A DNA stretch of 42,313 nt, from positions 1 to 42,313 of the forward strand of contig JAOUEE010000001.1 in NCBI GenBank assembly GCA_029858875.1. Reading direction: 5' to 3'. This DNA comes from Acidimicrobiia bacterium. Its GTDB lineage: Bacteria > Actinomycetota > Acidimicrobiia > Acidimicrobiales > SHLQ01. Below are positions 8,983-16,840 of the stretch, one piece after another (positions within the stretch are counted from its first letter, which is position 1; the number at the start of each line of letters is the position of its first letter). The translations under genes and the position numbers were made by a program. Below the pieces are notes generated by a model. That model ran no database searches and was not told the DNA's origin. It was given only the letters and a program-made list of their open reading frames with translations.

Positions 8983-11900
8983 ATGATGCGGTGGGTGGTG
9001 GCGACCAGCCTGCGCTTCAAGTACCTCGCCGTGTTCTTGCCGCTGGCCATGATGGTGTCGGGTGGACTGGCTCTCCAGGGCGCCCCGGTCGATGTGTTTC
9101 CCGAGTTCGCGCCACCCCGCGTCGAGGTCCAGACCCCGGCGCTCGGTCTGTCGCCGGCCGAGGTCGAGCAACTCGTCACGGTGCCGCTCGAGGACGCGCT
9201 GAACGGGGTCGCCGGCCTCGAGACGATCCGTTCGAAGTCGGTGTCGGACCTGTCTTCGATCCTGCTCATCTTCGAGCCGGGGACCGATGTGATCGGGGCT
9301 CGCCAGCTCGTCCAGGAGCGCCTCGACGTCACCATCCCCACGCTGCCCAAGTGGGCGGCGCCGCCCGTGATGTTGCAGCCGCTGTCGGCCACGAGCCGGG
9401 CTATGAAGATCGGGTTAACCTCCGATGAGCACTCACTGATCGATCTGTCGATGACGTCGTACTGGCGCATCCGCCAGCGGCTCATGCGAGTCCCGGGCGT
9501 GGCCAACGTGGCCATCTGGGGTGAGCGGTTGGAGATGTTCCAGGTACAGGTCGAGCCGGAGCGTCTCAACGCCAACCAGATCTCGCTCAACGAGCTGATG
9601 ACGGTCACCGCCGACGCGCTCGACTCGGGCATCCTCCAGTATTCCGACGGAGCCATGGTGGGCACCGGTGGCTTCATCGAGACGCCCAACCAGCGGCTCG
9701 GTGTGCGCAACAAGCTGCCCATCGTCGGTGCCGACGAGCTGGCCCAGGTGGCCATCGCGGAGCGCGACGGCGAGGTGCTGCGCCTCGGCGACCTGGCCGA
9801 CGTGGTGATCGATCATCAGCCGCTGATCGGCGATGCCGTCATCAACGACGGGCCGGGTTTGATGCTCATCGTCGAGAAGTTCCCGTGGGGCAACACGCTC
9901 GAGCTCACCGAGGGCGTCGAGGAGGCGCTGGACGAGCTGGCCCCGGGCCTGCCCGGCGTGGAGATCGACAGCGAGATCTTCCGACCGGCGACCTTCATCA
10001 GCCTCTCGCTGAGCAATCTCCAGTCGGCCATGCTCATCGGATCGGTCCTGGTCGTCATCATCCTGTTCCTCTTCCTCTACGAATGGCGGGTGGCGCTCAT
10101 CAGCCTGGTGGCCATCCCGCTGTCGCTCGTGTCGGCCGCCCTCGTGCTCTACGCCCGAGGAACCACCATCAACGTGATGGTGCTGGCGGGGTTCGTGATC
10201 GCGCTGGGTGCCGTGGTCGACGACGCCATCATCGATGTGGAGAATATCGTTCGCCGCCTTCGGCTGCATCGGGCCGACGGTGATTCGGCCTCGACGGCCC
10301 GCGTCATCCTGGGAGCATCTCTCGAGGTGCGCAGTGCCATCGTCTACGCCACGCTCATCGAGGTCGCGGCGCTGGTCCCGGTGTTCTTCCTCGAGGGATT
10401 GTCGGGGGCCTTCTTCCGCCCGCTGGCGACGTCGTACGGGTTGGCCATCCTCGCCTCGATGCTGGTCGCGCTCACCGTCACCCCGGCCCTGAGCCTGATC
10501 CTGCTGCGCAACGCCCCCCTCGAACGGCGGGCCTCGCCGATCGTGCCGCCGCTCACCCGCGGGTACAACGCCATCACGACGAGGATCGTGCGGTCACCCA
10601 AGCCGGCGTACGCCGCGGTGGCCACCTTGGTGATCGCCGGCCTGCTCGTCGTCCCGTCGCTCGGCCAGGAGCTGCTGCCGTCGTTCAAGGAACGTGACTT
10701 CCTCATGCACTGGCTCACCCGTCCGGGCACGTCGCAACCGGAGATGCACCGCATCACCAGCGCGGTCAGCCCCGAGCTGCGATCGATCGACGGGGTACGC
10801 AACTTCGGCGCCCACATCGGACAGGCGCTCATCGCCGATGAGGTGGTGGGCATCGACTTCGGTGAGAACTGGATCAGTGTCGATCCGTCCGTCGACTACG
10901 ACCAGACCGTCGATGAGATCCAGACCACCGTGGACGGCTATCCCGGACTGTTCCGCGACGTCCAGACCTACCTGAAGGAGCGGATCCGCGAGGTGTTGAC
11001 CGGATCGAGCGATGCCATCGTCGTGCGGATCTTCGGCCCGGACCTCGAGGTGCTCGACGACAAGGCCCACGAAGTCGAAGACCGACTGAGCCAGGTCGAA
11101 GGGCTCACCGACCTGCACGTGGAGCTGCACGTGAAGGTGCCCAAGATCCAGGTCGAGTTGGATCTGGACGGTGCCGAGAGCTACGGGCTCAAACCGGGCG
11201 ACGTGCGGCGGGCCGTGGCCACGATGGTGGCCGGCGAAGAAGTGGGTGACATCTTCCAGGGCGGGCGGGCCTTCGACGTGCAGGTGTGGAGCACGCCCGA
11301 GGTCCGCGACAGCGTCGACGACATCGGGCGACTGCTCATCGACACGCCCAGCGGTGACCAGGTGCCCCTCGACGAGGTGGCCTCGGTGCGCATCGAGCCC
11401 ACCGACAGCTCCATCGAACGAGAGAACCAGTCCCGTCGACTCGACGTGAGCGCCAATGTCGGCGGTCGTGACCTCGGCGCCATTGCCCGCGATGTCGAGG
11501 CCGTGGTCGACGCCATCGACTTCCCCCTCGGCCACAGCGCCGAGATCATCGGGGAGTACCAGGAGCGCCAGGAGACGCAAGGATCGCTGCTGCGGTACTC
11601 GCTGCTGGCCGCGGTGATCATCTTCGTGTTGCTCTTCGTGTCGTTCTCGTCGCTGCGGCTGGCGGTGCTGAGCTTCGTCTGTCTGCCCGCAGCACTGGTG
11701 GGGGGCGTGCTCGCCGCCTGGTTCACGGGGGGAATCATCTCGCTCGGTTCGCTCGTCGGATTCCTGACCGTGCTCGGGATCGCCGCCCGCAACGGGATCA
11801 TGATGATCAACCACTTCCAGCACCTGGAGAACGAGGAGGGAATGACCTTCGGGCCGGCCCTCGTGCTGCGGGGCGCCGAGGAGCGTCTGGCGCCGATCCT

Positions 11901-12114
11901 CATGACGGCACTCACCACGGGTCTGGCGCTGCTCCCCCTGGTGGTGGCCGGCGACATCGCCGGCCACGAGATCGAGCACCCGATGGCCATCGTGATCCTG
12001 GGCGGACTGGTGACCTCCACCATCCTCAACCTGTTCGTGGTGCCCTCGCTGTATCTGCGCTTCGGCGGCCGGGATGGCGATCAGGCTCCAGCGGTGGCGG
12101 CCAGCGCCGGCTGA
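8983..12114 (+). CDS. RND efflux permease, CzcA/AcrB superfamily, paralogue 2
   Basis: 1043 aa. GGAGG lies 8 nt upstream of the ATG. TM4 has the canonical GAVVDDAIIDVENI motif; TM10 reads GIAARNGIMMINHF. Clearly paralogous to 5393..8518 along its full length. Confidence 0.9.
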   Translation: MMRWVVATSLRFKYLAVFLPLAMMVSGGLALQGAPVDVFPEFAPPRVEVQTPALGLSPAEVEQLVTVPLEDALNGVAGLETIRSKSVSDLSSILLIFEPGTDVIGARQLVQERLDVTIPTLPKWAAPPVMLQPLSATSRAMKIGLTSDEHSLIDLSMTSYWRIRQRLMRVPGVANVAIWGERLEMFQVQVEPERLNANQISLNELMTVTADALDSGILQYSDGAMVGTGGFIETPNQRLGVRNKLPIVGADELAQVAIAERDGEVLRLGDLADVVIDHQPLIGDAVINDGPGLMLIVEKFPWGNTLELTEGVEEALDELAPGLPGVEIDSEIFRPATFISLSLSNLQSAMLIGSVLVVIILFLFLYEWRVALISLVAIPLSLVSAALVLYARGTTINVMVLAGFVIALGAVVDDAIIDVENIVRRLRLHRADGDSASTARVILGASLEVRSAIVYATLIEVAALVPVFFLEGLSGAFFRPLATSYGLAILASMLVALTVTPALSLILLRNAPLERRASPIVPPLTRGYNAITTRIVRSPKPAYAAVATLVIAGLLVVPSLGQELLPSFKERDFLMHWLTRPGTSQPEMHRITSAVSPELRSIDGVRNFGAHIGQALIADEVVGIDFGENWISVDPSVDYDQTVDEIQTTVDGYPGLFRDVQTYLKERIREVLTGSSDAIVVRIFGPDLEVLDDKAHEVEDRLSQVEGLTDLHVELHVKVPKIQVELDLDGAESYGLKPGDVRRAVATMVAGEEVGDIFQGGRAFDVQVWSTPEVRDSVDDIGRLLIDTPSGDQVPLDEVASVRIEPTDSSIERENQSRRLDVSANVGGRDLGAIARDVEAVVDAIDFPLGHSAEIIGEYQERQETQGSLLRYSLLAAVIIFVLLFVSFSSLRLAVLSFVCLPAALVGGVLAAWFTGGIISLGSLVGFLTVLGIAARNGIMMINHFQHLENEEGMTFGPALVLRGAEERLAPILMTALTTGLALLPLVVAGDIAGHEIEHPMAIVILGGLVTSTILNLFVVPSLYLRFGGRDGDQAPAVAASAG

Positions 12115-13637
12115 GCGGGGTCCGAGGTCGACCCCGACCAGTGCCGATGGCCCGATCGACCGATGGTCACGGCCAGCACGGCCAGGATCACCATGGGCCA
12201 CACACCGAAGCGCACGGCCCAGGTCCGGCCGGTCCGGAGCTCGACGGTGCCGTGGAGCACCGCCTGCTCGGAGATCGCGGTGCGCGCCAGCACGTTGCCA
12301 TCGCTGTCGATGATGGCGCTGAAGCCGGTCGGCGCCGCCTGGAGGACCCAGCGGTCGGTCTCGAGCGCCCGCAGGCGGGTGGATGCCATCTGCTGGGTCT
12401 GCACGATGGTGAGCCAGTACGACGACCCATTGGTGGGATTCAGGAGCAACTGACCGCCATTGCCGATGGCGTCGCGGGCCCGGTTGTCGAAGAACACCTC
12501 CCACGAGATCGACACCCCGAGTGCGCCGACGGGTGTCTCCACCACCGCCGGTTCGGTGCCGGGCCTCACGTGGCGGGCCGGGAGGGAGTCCCCGGCGAAG
12601 CGTTCGATGAGGCCGCGCAGGGGCACGAACTCGCCGAAGGGCACGGTGCGCACCTTGTCGTAGCGGTCACCCCGGCTGCCGTCGGGGAGCCACACATCGG
12701 TGAAGTTGACGTTCTCGGTGTCGGAGACCTTGTAGAACCAGCCGGGCAGCAGCGGCGCGCCCAGCTCCACGGCCAGCTCCGACACGCAGGCCTCGGCCAG
12801 GGGCAGGGTGAACGGGCCGTCGATGGATCCCCGGCCGGTGCCGTCGACCGCGAGCGGGCACGAGTCGACCGGCGCCGGCTCGTCGATGATCTCGGGATTG
12901 ACGACGTTCTCGGGCCACAGCACCAGATCGACGCCGTCGTTCACCGCGGCCGACGCCGCCACGTGGCGTTCGAAGACCAAACGAGCCCCCTCGGCGCTGG
13001 CCCGCGTCCGCTGTTCGCCGCCGCCCTGCACGACGGCCACGTCGATGGTGTCCACGACCGTGGCCCTGGGAGCCACGACCACCAGAAGTGCGGCCAGGCC
13101 GAGCACCACCCCGGTGCCGATGATGGTGGGTCGGTGGCGCTCGGCCAACCCGGCCAGGCCCATCCCCACGGCCACGACCAGGGCGGTGAGCAAGAGGGCG
13201 CCGAACACCCGCACCGTGGGGGCCAGCGGCGCCTGGGCCTGACTCATGGCGAGAGTGGCCAGGGGAACGCCGCCGAAGGGCCACGACCAGCGGACCAGCT
13301 CGGTGAGCACCACGGCGCCCGGGAATGCCACTCGTCGCCATCGTGACGGAGGGGAGATGGCACCGGCGACCCCCAGCAGCGACGCGTGGAACAGGACGGC
13401 GAGCACGTATCCCGGGGGCGTGAGGTCGAACATCCAGAGCATCGACGGGAAGAACCAACCCATGCCGACGAGGGCCATGCGTCGAAAACGGATGCCGGCC
13501 ACCCGGGCCCGCAGCAGCGAGTCGGCCAGCGCGAAGCCGACGAAGGCCAGGGGCCACCATCCCCACGGGGGCATCGCGGCGGCGATGCAGAATCCGGCCG
13601 CCAGGCAGCGGATGGTGATGATCAGGCGGTGGGACAC
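12081..13637 (-). CDS. lnt: Apolipoprotein N-acyltransferase homologue (Lnt, CN-hydrolase domain) with Ser at the catalytic Cys position
   Basis: 518 aa. Multi-TM N-terminal half. WPEN (Glu) and YDKVRTVPFGEFVP (Lys) are conserved. The ICYE-equivalent reads ISWE (ATC TCG TGG GAG on the minus strand, about 12501..12512). The 3' end overlaps RND2 convergently by 34 nt. Confidence 0.8.
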   Translation of the reverse strand: MSHRLIITIRCLAAGFCIAAAMPPWGWWPLAFVGFALADSLLRARVAGIRFRRMALVGMGWFFPSMLWMFDLTPPGYVLAVLFHASLLGVAGAISPPSRWRRVAFPGAVVLTELVRWSWPFGGVPLATLAMSQAQAPLAPTVRVFGALLLTALVVAVGMGLAGLAERHRPTIIGTGVVLGLAALLVVVAPRATVVDTIDVAVVQGGGEQRTRASAEGARLVFERHVAASAAVNDGVDLVLWPENVVNPEIIDEPAPVDSCPLAVDGTGRGSIDGPFTLPLAEACVSELAVELGAPLLPGWFYKVSDTENVNFTDVWLPDGSRGDRYDKVRTVPFGEFVPLRGLIERFAGDSLPARHVRPGTEPAVVETPVGALGVSISWEVFFDNRARDAIGNGGQLLLNPTNGSSYWLTIVQTQQMASTRLRALETDRWVLQAAPTGFSAIIDSDGNVLARTAISEQAVLHGTVELRTGRTWAVRFGVWPMVILAVLAVTIGRSGHRHWSGSTSDPAQPALAATAGA

Positions 13638-13723
13638 AGGCCTCTACGCAAGCACATCTCGCCGGCGCAGGGGCTGCACCGGTCCGATGACCGCATCGGG
13701 CGTTGCCGGGCCGATGGCTGGCG

Positions 13724-14023
13724 TCAGATGGAACAGGTGTCTTCGTCGCGGCGGATCTCGGCCCGCACCTTCTTGCGCAACGTGCCGCGGACGTCGAGGC
13801 GGACGGTGCGGGCGAAGGACAACAGGTTGGGCGACAACAGCACCTTGATGCCGTCGCGCCGCACGGTCCTGTAGGGGGCGAGGTTCTTACCTCGGAGATG
13901 GGTGTCGACCGACACCTCGTAGCGGGTTTTGCCTCAACCCACCGGCGGGAGGAAGTCGACGGCCACGACACCACCCTTGGCCGTGATCGCGGCCAAGGCG
14001 TCGTCGGTCACTTCGAGCTCCAT
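13724..14023 (-). CDS. Candidate small selenoprotein (99 codons, in-frame TGA at 13934..13936 as codon 30)
   Basis: ATG at 14023..14021, preceded by GGGAGG at a 5-nt spacing. The reading is MELEVTDDALAAITAKGGVVAVDFLPPVG-[TGA]-GKTRYEVSVDTHLRGKNL...EDTCSI. This is the same frame as the 13724..13915 ORF in the track. GC3 is very high on both sides of the TGA, and a SECIS-like hairpin lies downstream. Confidence 0.6.
13895..13918 (-). promoter_or_regulatory. SECIS-like recoding hairpin
   Basis: Minus-strand RNA GGUGUC-GGUC-GACACC (13916..13901) gives a 6-bp stem and a GGUC apical loop. The loop G/U sit 27-28 nt 3' of the first base of the UGA. GAG/CUC can extend the stem across a CAU bulge. Confidence 0.5.
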
Positions 14024-14100
14024 TGCTGCCTCCCGGTCGGCTGTCACCATCAACCCTGTCACAGGCCGTGCCGTTCCCGTGGTCGAGACCGAGCGGCCCG

Positions 14101-14796
14101 TCAGGCTGCGCCCGGTTGCGCCGGGGTGATGAGGCGGGGCTGGAGCCGGACCACGTTCCCGATCGAGCCCACGCCCCGGATGACCACGTCGACCTCACCC
14201 CCGGGCACGACCCAGTCCGGCAGGTCGGCCGTGTCGCAGTGGGCCAACATCTCGCCCGGTTGGGCGGCGTCGCACAGTTTGAAGGCCAGGTTCACCGGCT
14301 CGCCGATGTAGTCGTCGCCCTCGAACAGCAGGGCGGTGCCCGAGGCCACCCCGATCCGAACCCGGAGGTCGGTGCCGGCGAAGTGGCTGATGAGGTGGGC
14401 ACCGAGGGCGATCACCGGCGTGGGCTCGACACCGATGACCATGGCGCCGTCGCCCAGCCACTTGGCTACACGGACGCCGCGTTTGGCCGCCACCGAGCGG
14501 GTGGTCTGGCGGAAGTCGCTGAGCATCTCGACCGCCGCATGAGGCCCGTTCTCGCGAGTGAAGCGGGTGAAGCCGCTGAGGTCCACGAACGAGAACGTGC
14601 GTTCCACGCTCAAGTGGGTGGTTCCCGTCGGCAGCAGGGCCGGATGCTCCGAGCCGGTGCCGGGCCGGGCGTCGGCCCAGTCGTGGGTGGCGGTGCCGTC
14701 GGGGGTACCGAACGGTGCCGCTCGGGTGCTCGACGAGGGGTCGGACCCGCGTGGACGGCGTTGGTGGGCGCCCCGGTCGTTGGTGCGATGGACCAC
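14101..14796 (-). CDS. Minimal class III adenylate/guanylate cyclase domain protein
   Basis: Catalytic-domain motifs FSFVDLSGFTRFT, KWLGDGAMVIG, RIGVASGTALLFEGDDYIGEPVNLAFKL. The ORF is open to 15102 but overlaps the Rpf-like gene there. The GTG at 14796 (GAAGGGA upstream) is the most plausible start; start uncertain. Confidence 0.7.
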   Translation of the reverse strand: MVHRTNDRGAHQRRPRGSDPSSSTRAAPFGTPDGTATHDWADARPGTGSEHPALLPTGTTHLSVERTFSFVDLSGFTRFTRENGPHAAVEMLSDFRQTTRSVAAKRGVRVAKWLGDGAMVIGVEPTPVIALGAHLISHFAGTDLRVRIGVASGTALLFEGDDYIGEPVNLAFKLCDAAQPGEMLAHCDTADLPDWVVPGGEVDVVIRGVGSIGNVVRLQPRLITPAQPGAA

Positions 14797-14876
14797 GCAG
14801 TCCGTCCCTTCGTCCGGCCCGCGGTCACCGGCCGCCGCGGGGGCGGCAGGTGACCTCGACCCGGTTCGTTCGCTCG

Positions 14877-15251
14877 TCAGAGTCGACGGCCGCAGTGCGG
14901 CCACGGCGCGGCGCCCTGTTCGGCGAACAGGGCGCGAGCCATCGCGTCCTGCCAGTACCAGGGGCTGGCCGCCGGATCGAGACCGCGCAGGAACGGGTAG
15001 TGGCGACCGGCGACCGAGTCCCACGTGGCCCGCGAGAACTGGTAGGCACCGCGATAGCGACCCGAGGCGCTGACGATGCCGTAGTTGCCGCCCGACTCGC
15101 ACGTGCGGAGCCGGTGGAGCTGCTCGTTGTTCAGCACATGGCGGGTGGGCTCGGTGATGGCCAGGTACTGCGCCATCTCGGCCGGTGTACAGGCCGTGAG
15201 CACGAGGGTGAGACCGAGCGCGGCGAGTACGATTCGCAGACGTCGTTTCAT
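14877..15251 (-). CDS. Rpf-like transglycosylase-domain secreted protein or lipoprotein
   Basis: AGGAGG lies 9 nt upstream of the ATG at 15251. Signal peptide MKRRLRIVLAALGLTLVLTAC. CESGGNY...GAYQFSRATW matches the transglycosylase-like (resuscitation-promoting factor) core. Confidence 0.8.
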   Translation of the reverse strand: MKRRLRIVLAALGLTLVLTACTPAEMAQYLAITEPTRHVLNNEQLHRLRTCESGGNYGIVSASGRYRGAYQFSRATWDSVAGRHYPFLRGLDPAASPWYWQDAMARALFAEQGAAPWPHCGRRL

Positions 15252-15487
15252 GACGGAAGATCCTCCTGTGGGCCCGGCTGCCGTTGTCGGCGATGCGTGG
15301 GACCCGAGTTGGTCAAACGGAGCAGGGCAGCGCGTCACGCGCTTGCAATAGTTGCCACTGCGGGCGCAGACCGTACCGGCCATCCGTCATGCAAATGCAA
15401 CACTGTGGCGACTGTCACGCATTCTCATGCACTTCAGTGCGTGAAGTCGGGGCGCGACCGGCGACTTTCGGGCAGGTGCTTGCTGTA

Positions 15488-16840
15488 TCAGTGATCCAGC
15501 AAGCGCGCAGCGGCGTCCCGACCCGATCGAATGCAGGCGGGGATGCCCACGCCGCGTAGGGCGCCGCCGGCCAGGGCGACCCCACCGAGGGCGTGGACGG
15601 CCTGCTCCACCTCCGAGATGCGATCGAGATGGCCGGGGGTGTACTGCGGGAAGGAGGCGGGCCAGCGAACCACCCGGACGGCGGTGGGCGCCGTGACCAG
15701 CCCCATGGTGCGGTCGAGGTCGGCCAGGAGGGCCGCCACCAGCGCCTCGTCGTCGAGGGCCAGCGCCCGCTCATCGCCGAAGCGCCCGGCCGAGGCCCGG
15801 ACGATGACCTGGTCGGCGCCCCCCAGGTGGGCCCACTTGCTCGAGGAGATGGACGCCGCGCTCAACAGCAGGCCGGCCGAGCGGGGGACCAGGAAGCCGC
15901 TGGTGTCGAGAGACATGGCCACACCCGATGTCGGCCAGGCGAAGGTGGCCATCACCACCCCGGCGTGTTCGATGGCCGCCAGCGGTGTGGGGCCGGTGAG
16001 GGGATCGAGCAGTCGGGCGGCCGATGGCGCGGGCACGGCGACGATCACGCCATCGGCATCGAGGCACCGGCGGCGGGTGCGAATCCGCCATCGATCGCCC
16101 AGCGGTTCGAGCGCGTCCACCGGTTCACCCGTGTGCACGACCGACCTCAGCCGATCCGAGAGCACCTGCACGATGTGCGCCATTCCTCGGGGGTGGGCGT
16201 AGAAGACCGGAGCCGACGGATCGCTCACGGTCGCTCGCTGCCGCTCGAGTGCCCGACTGAGGCTGGGTTCATCGGCCACTGCCGCGAACTGGGGCACCGC
16301 TGCGGCCAGGCTGAGGCGTTCGACGTCGCCCGCGTTGATGCCGCCCAGCAGGGGTCCGACGAGCCGCTCGAAGACCTCGTCGCCCAGACGGTCGCGCACG
16401 AAGCGACTCACCGAGTCGCCGTGGTCGGTCGAGACGGGTTCGGTTCGGCGCCGGTCGGCCTCGACTGCGGCCACGGCCTCGGCGGAAACGGCACCCGATC
16501 GGGCCAGCGCATCGGGATCGAGCGGCACGCCGAGCACGGCGTCGGTGGGTAGGTCCCACAGCTGGTCGTCCAACCAGACGCGGGCGCTACCGATCGCCGG
16601 CGAGACCAGCTCGTCGGCCAGGCCGAGCTCGGCGCAGAGCTCGTACGCCCAGGGGACGCGGGCCAGGAACGCGTCGGCCCCTTCGTCGACCTGGAGACCG
16701 GCGAAGGGCGAGGTGACGAGCTTTCCGCCGGCCTGCTCCTCCGCCTCGAGCAGCGTGACCTCGGCGCCGCGCCGGGTTGCCTCGAAGGCCGCGGCCAGGC
16801 CGGCGATCCCGCCGCCGATCACGGCGATGGTGCCGGTCAC
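15488..16840 (-). CDS. hemY: Protoporphyrinogen / coproporphyrinogen III oxidase (HemY/CgoX)
   Basis: GTG start gives [19 protein letters not shown] (FAD dinucleotide fold). The GTG overlaps the hemE TGA (GTGA at 16840..16837). The longer ORF to 17839 is a shadow of hemE. Confidence 0.85.
   Translation of the reverse strand: MTGTIAVIGGGIAGLAAAFEATRRGAEVTLLEAEEQAGGKLVTSPFAGLQVDEGADAFLARVPWAYELCAELGLADELVSPAIGSARVWLDDQLWDLPTDAVLGVPLDPDALARSGAVSAEAVAAVEADRRRTEPVSTDHGDSVSRFVRDRLGDEVFERLVGPLLGGINAGDVERLSLAAAVPQFAAVADEPSLSRALERQRATVSDPSAPVFYAHPRGMAHIVQVLSDRLRSVVHTGEPVDALEPLGDRWRIRTRRRCLDADGVIVAVPAPSAARLLDPLTGPTPLAAIEHAGVVMATFAWPTSGVAMSLDTSGFLVPRSAGLLLSAASISSSKWAHLGGADQVIVRASAGRFGDERALALDDEALVAALLADLDRTMGLVTAPTAVRVVRWPASFPQYTPGHLDRISEVEQAVHALGGVALAGGALRGVGIPACIRSGRDAAARLLDH

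Noticed and set aside
13724-13915. Treating the 63-aa ORF from the track as a complete stand-alone gene
   Set aside because: Its GTG has no properly spaced Shine-Dalgarno sequence. The same frame is open and codon-biased for 29 more codons upstream of a single TGA, back to an ATG with GGGAGG. It was re-interpreted as the C-terminal part of a TGA-containing gene.
14101-14796. A Pycsar-like antiphage pair (minimal cyclase plus a cNMP-binding effector)
   Set aside because: The gene next to the small cyclase has no CNB domain. The only CNB protein is 27 kb away and lacks any TM, TIR or other effector domain. The specificity residues look adenine-type (Lys/Asp).
14797-15102. The N-terminal 102 codons of the 333-aa ORF containing the cyclase domain
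   Set aside because: This stretch overlaps the well-supported Rpf-like gene (14877..15251) in another frame and is Arg/Pro/Gly/Ser-rich with no domain signal. The cyclase start was moved to the GTG at 14796.
15252-15487. A ydaO-type c-di-AMP riboswitch upstream of the Rpf-like gene
   Set aside because: Only loose resemblances were found. CAGTGGCAACTATTGCAAGCG resembles CAGCUAACCUCGUAAGCG, and CGGGTCCCA resembles GGGGACCCA, but they occur in the wrong order relative to the consensus. This cannot be called without a covariance-model search.
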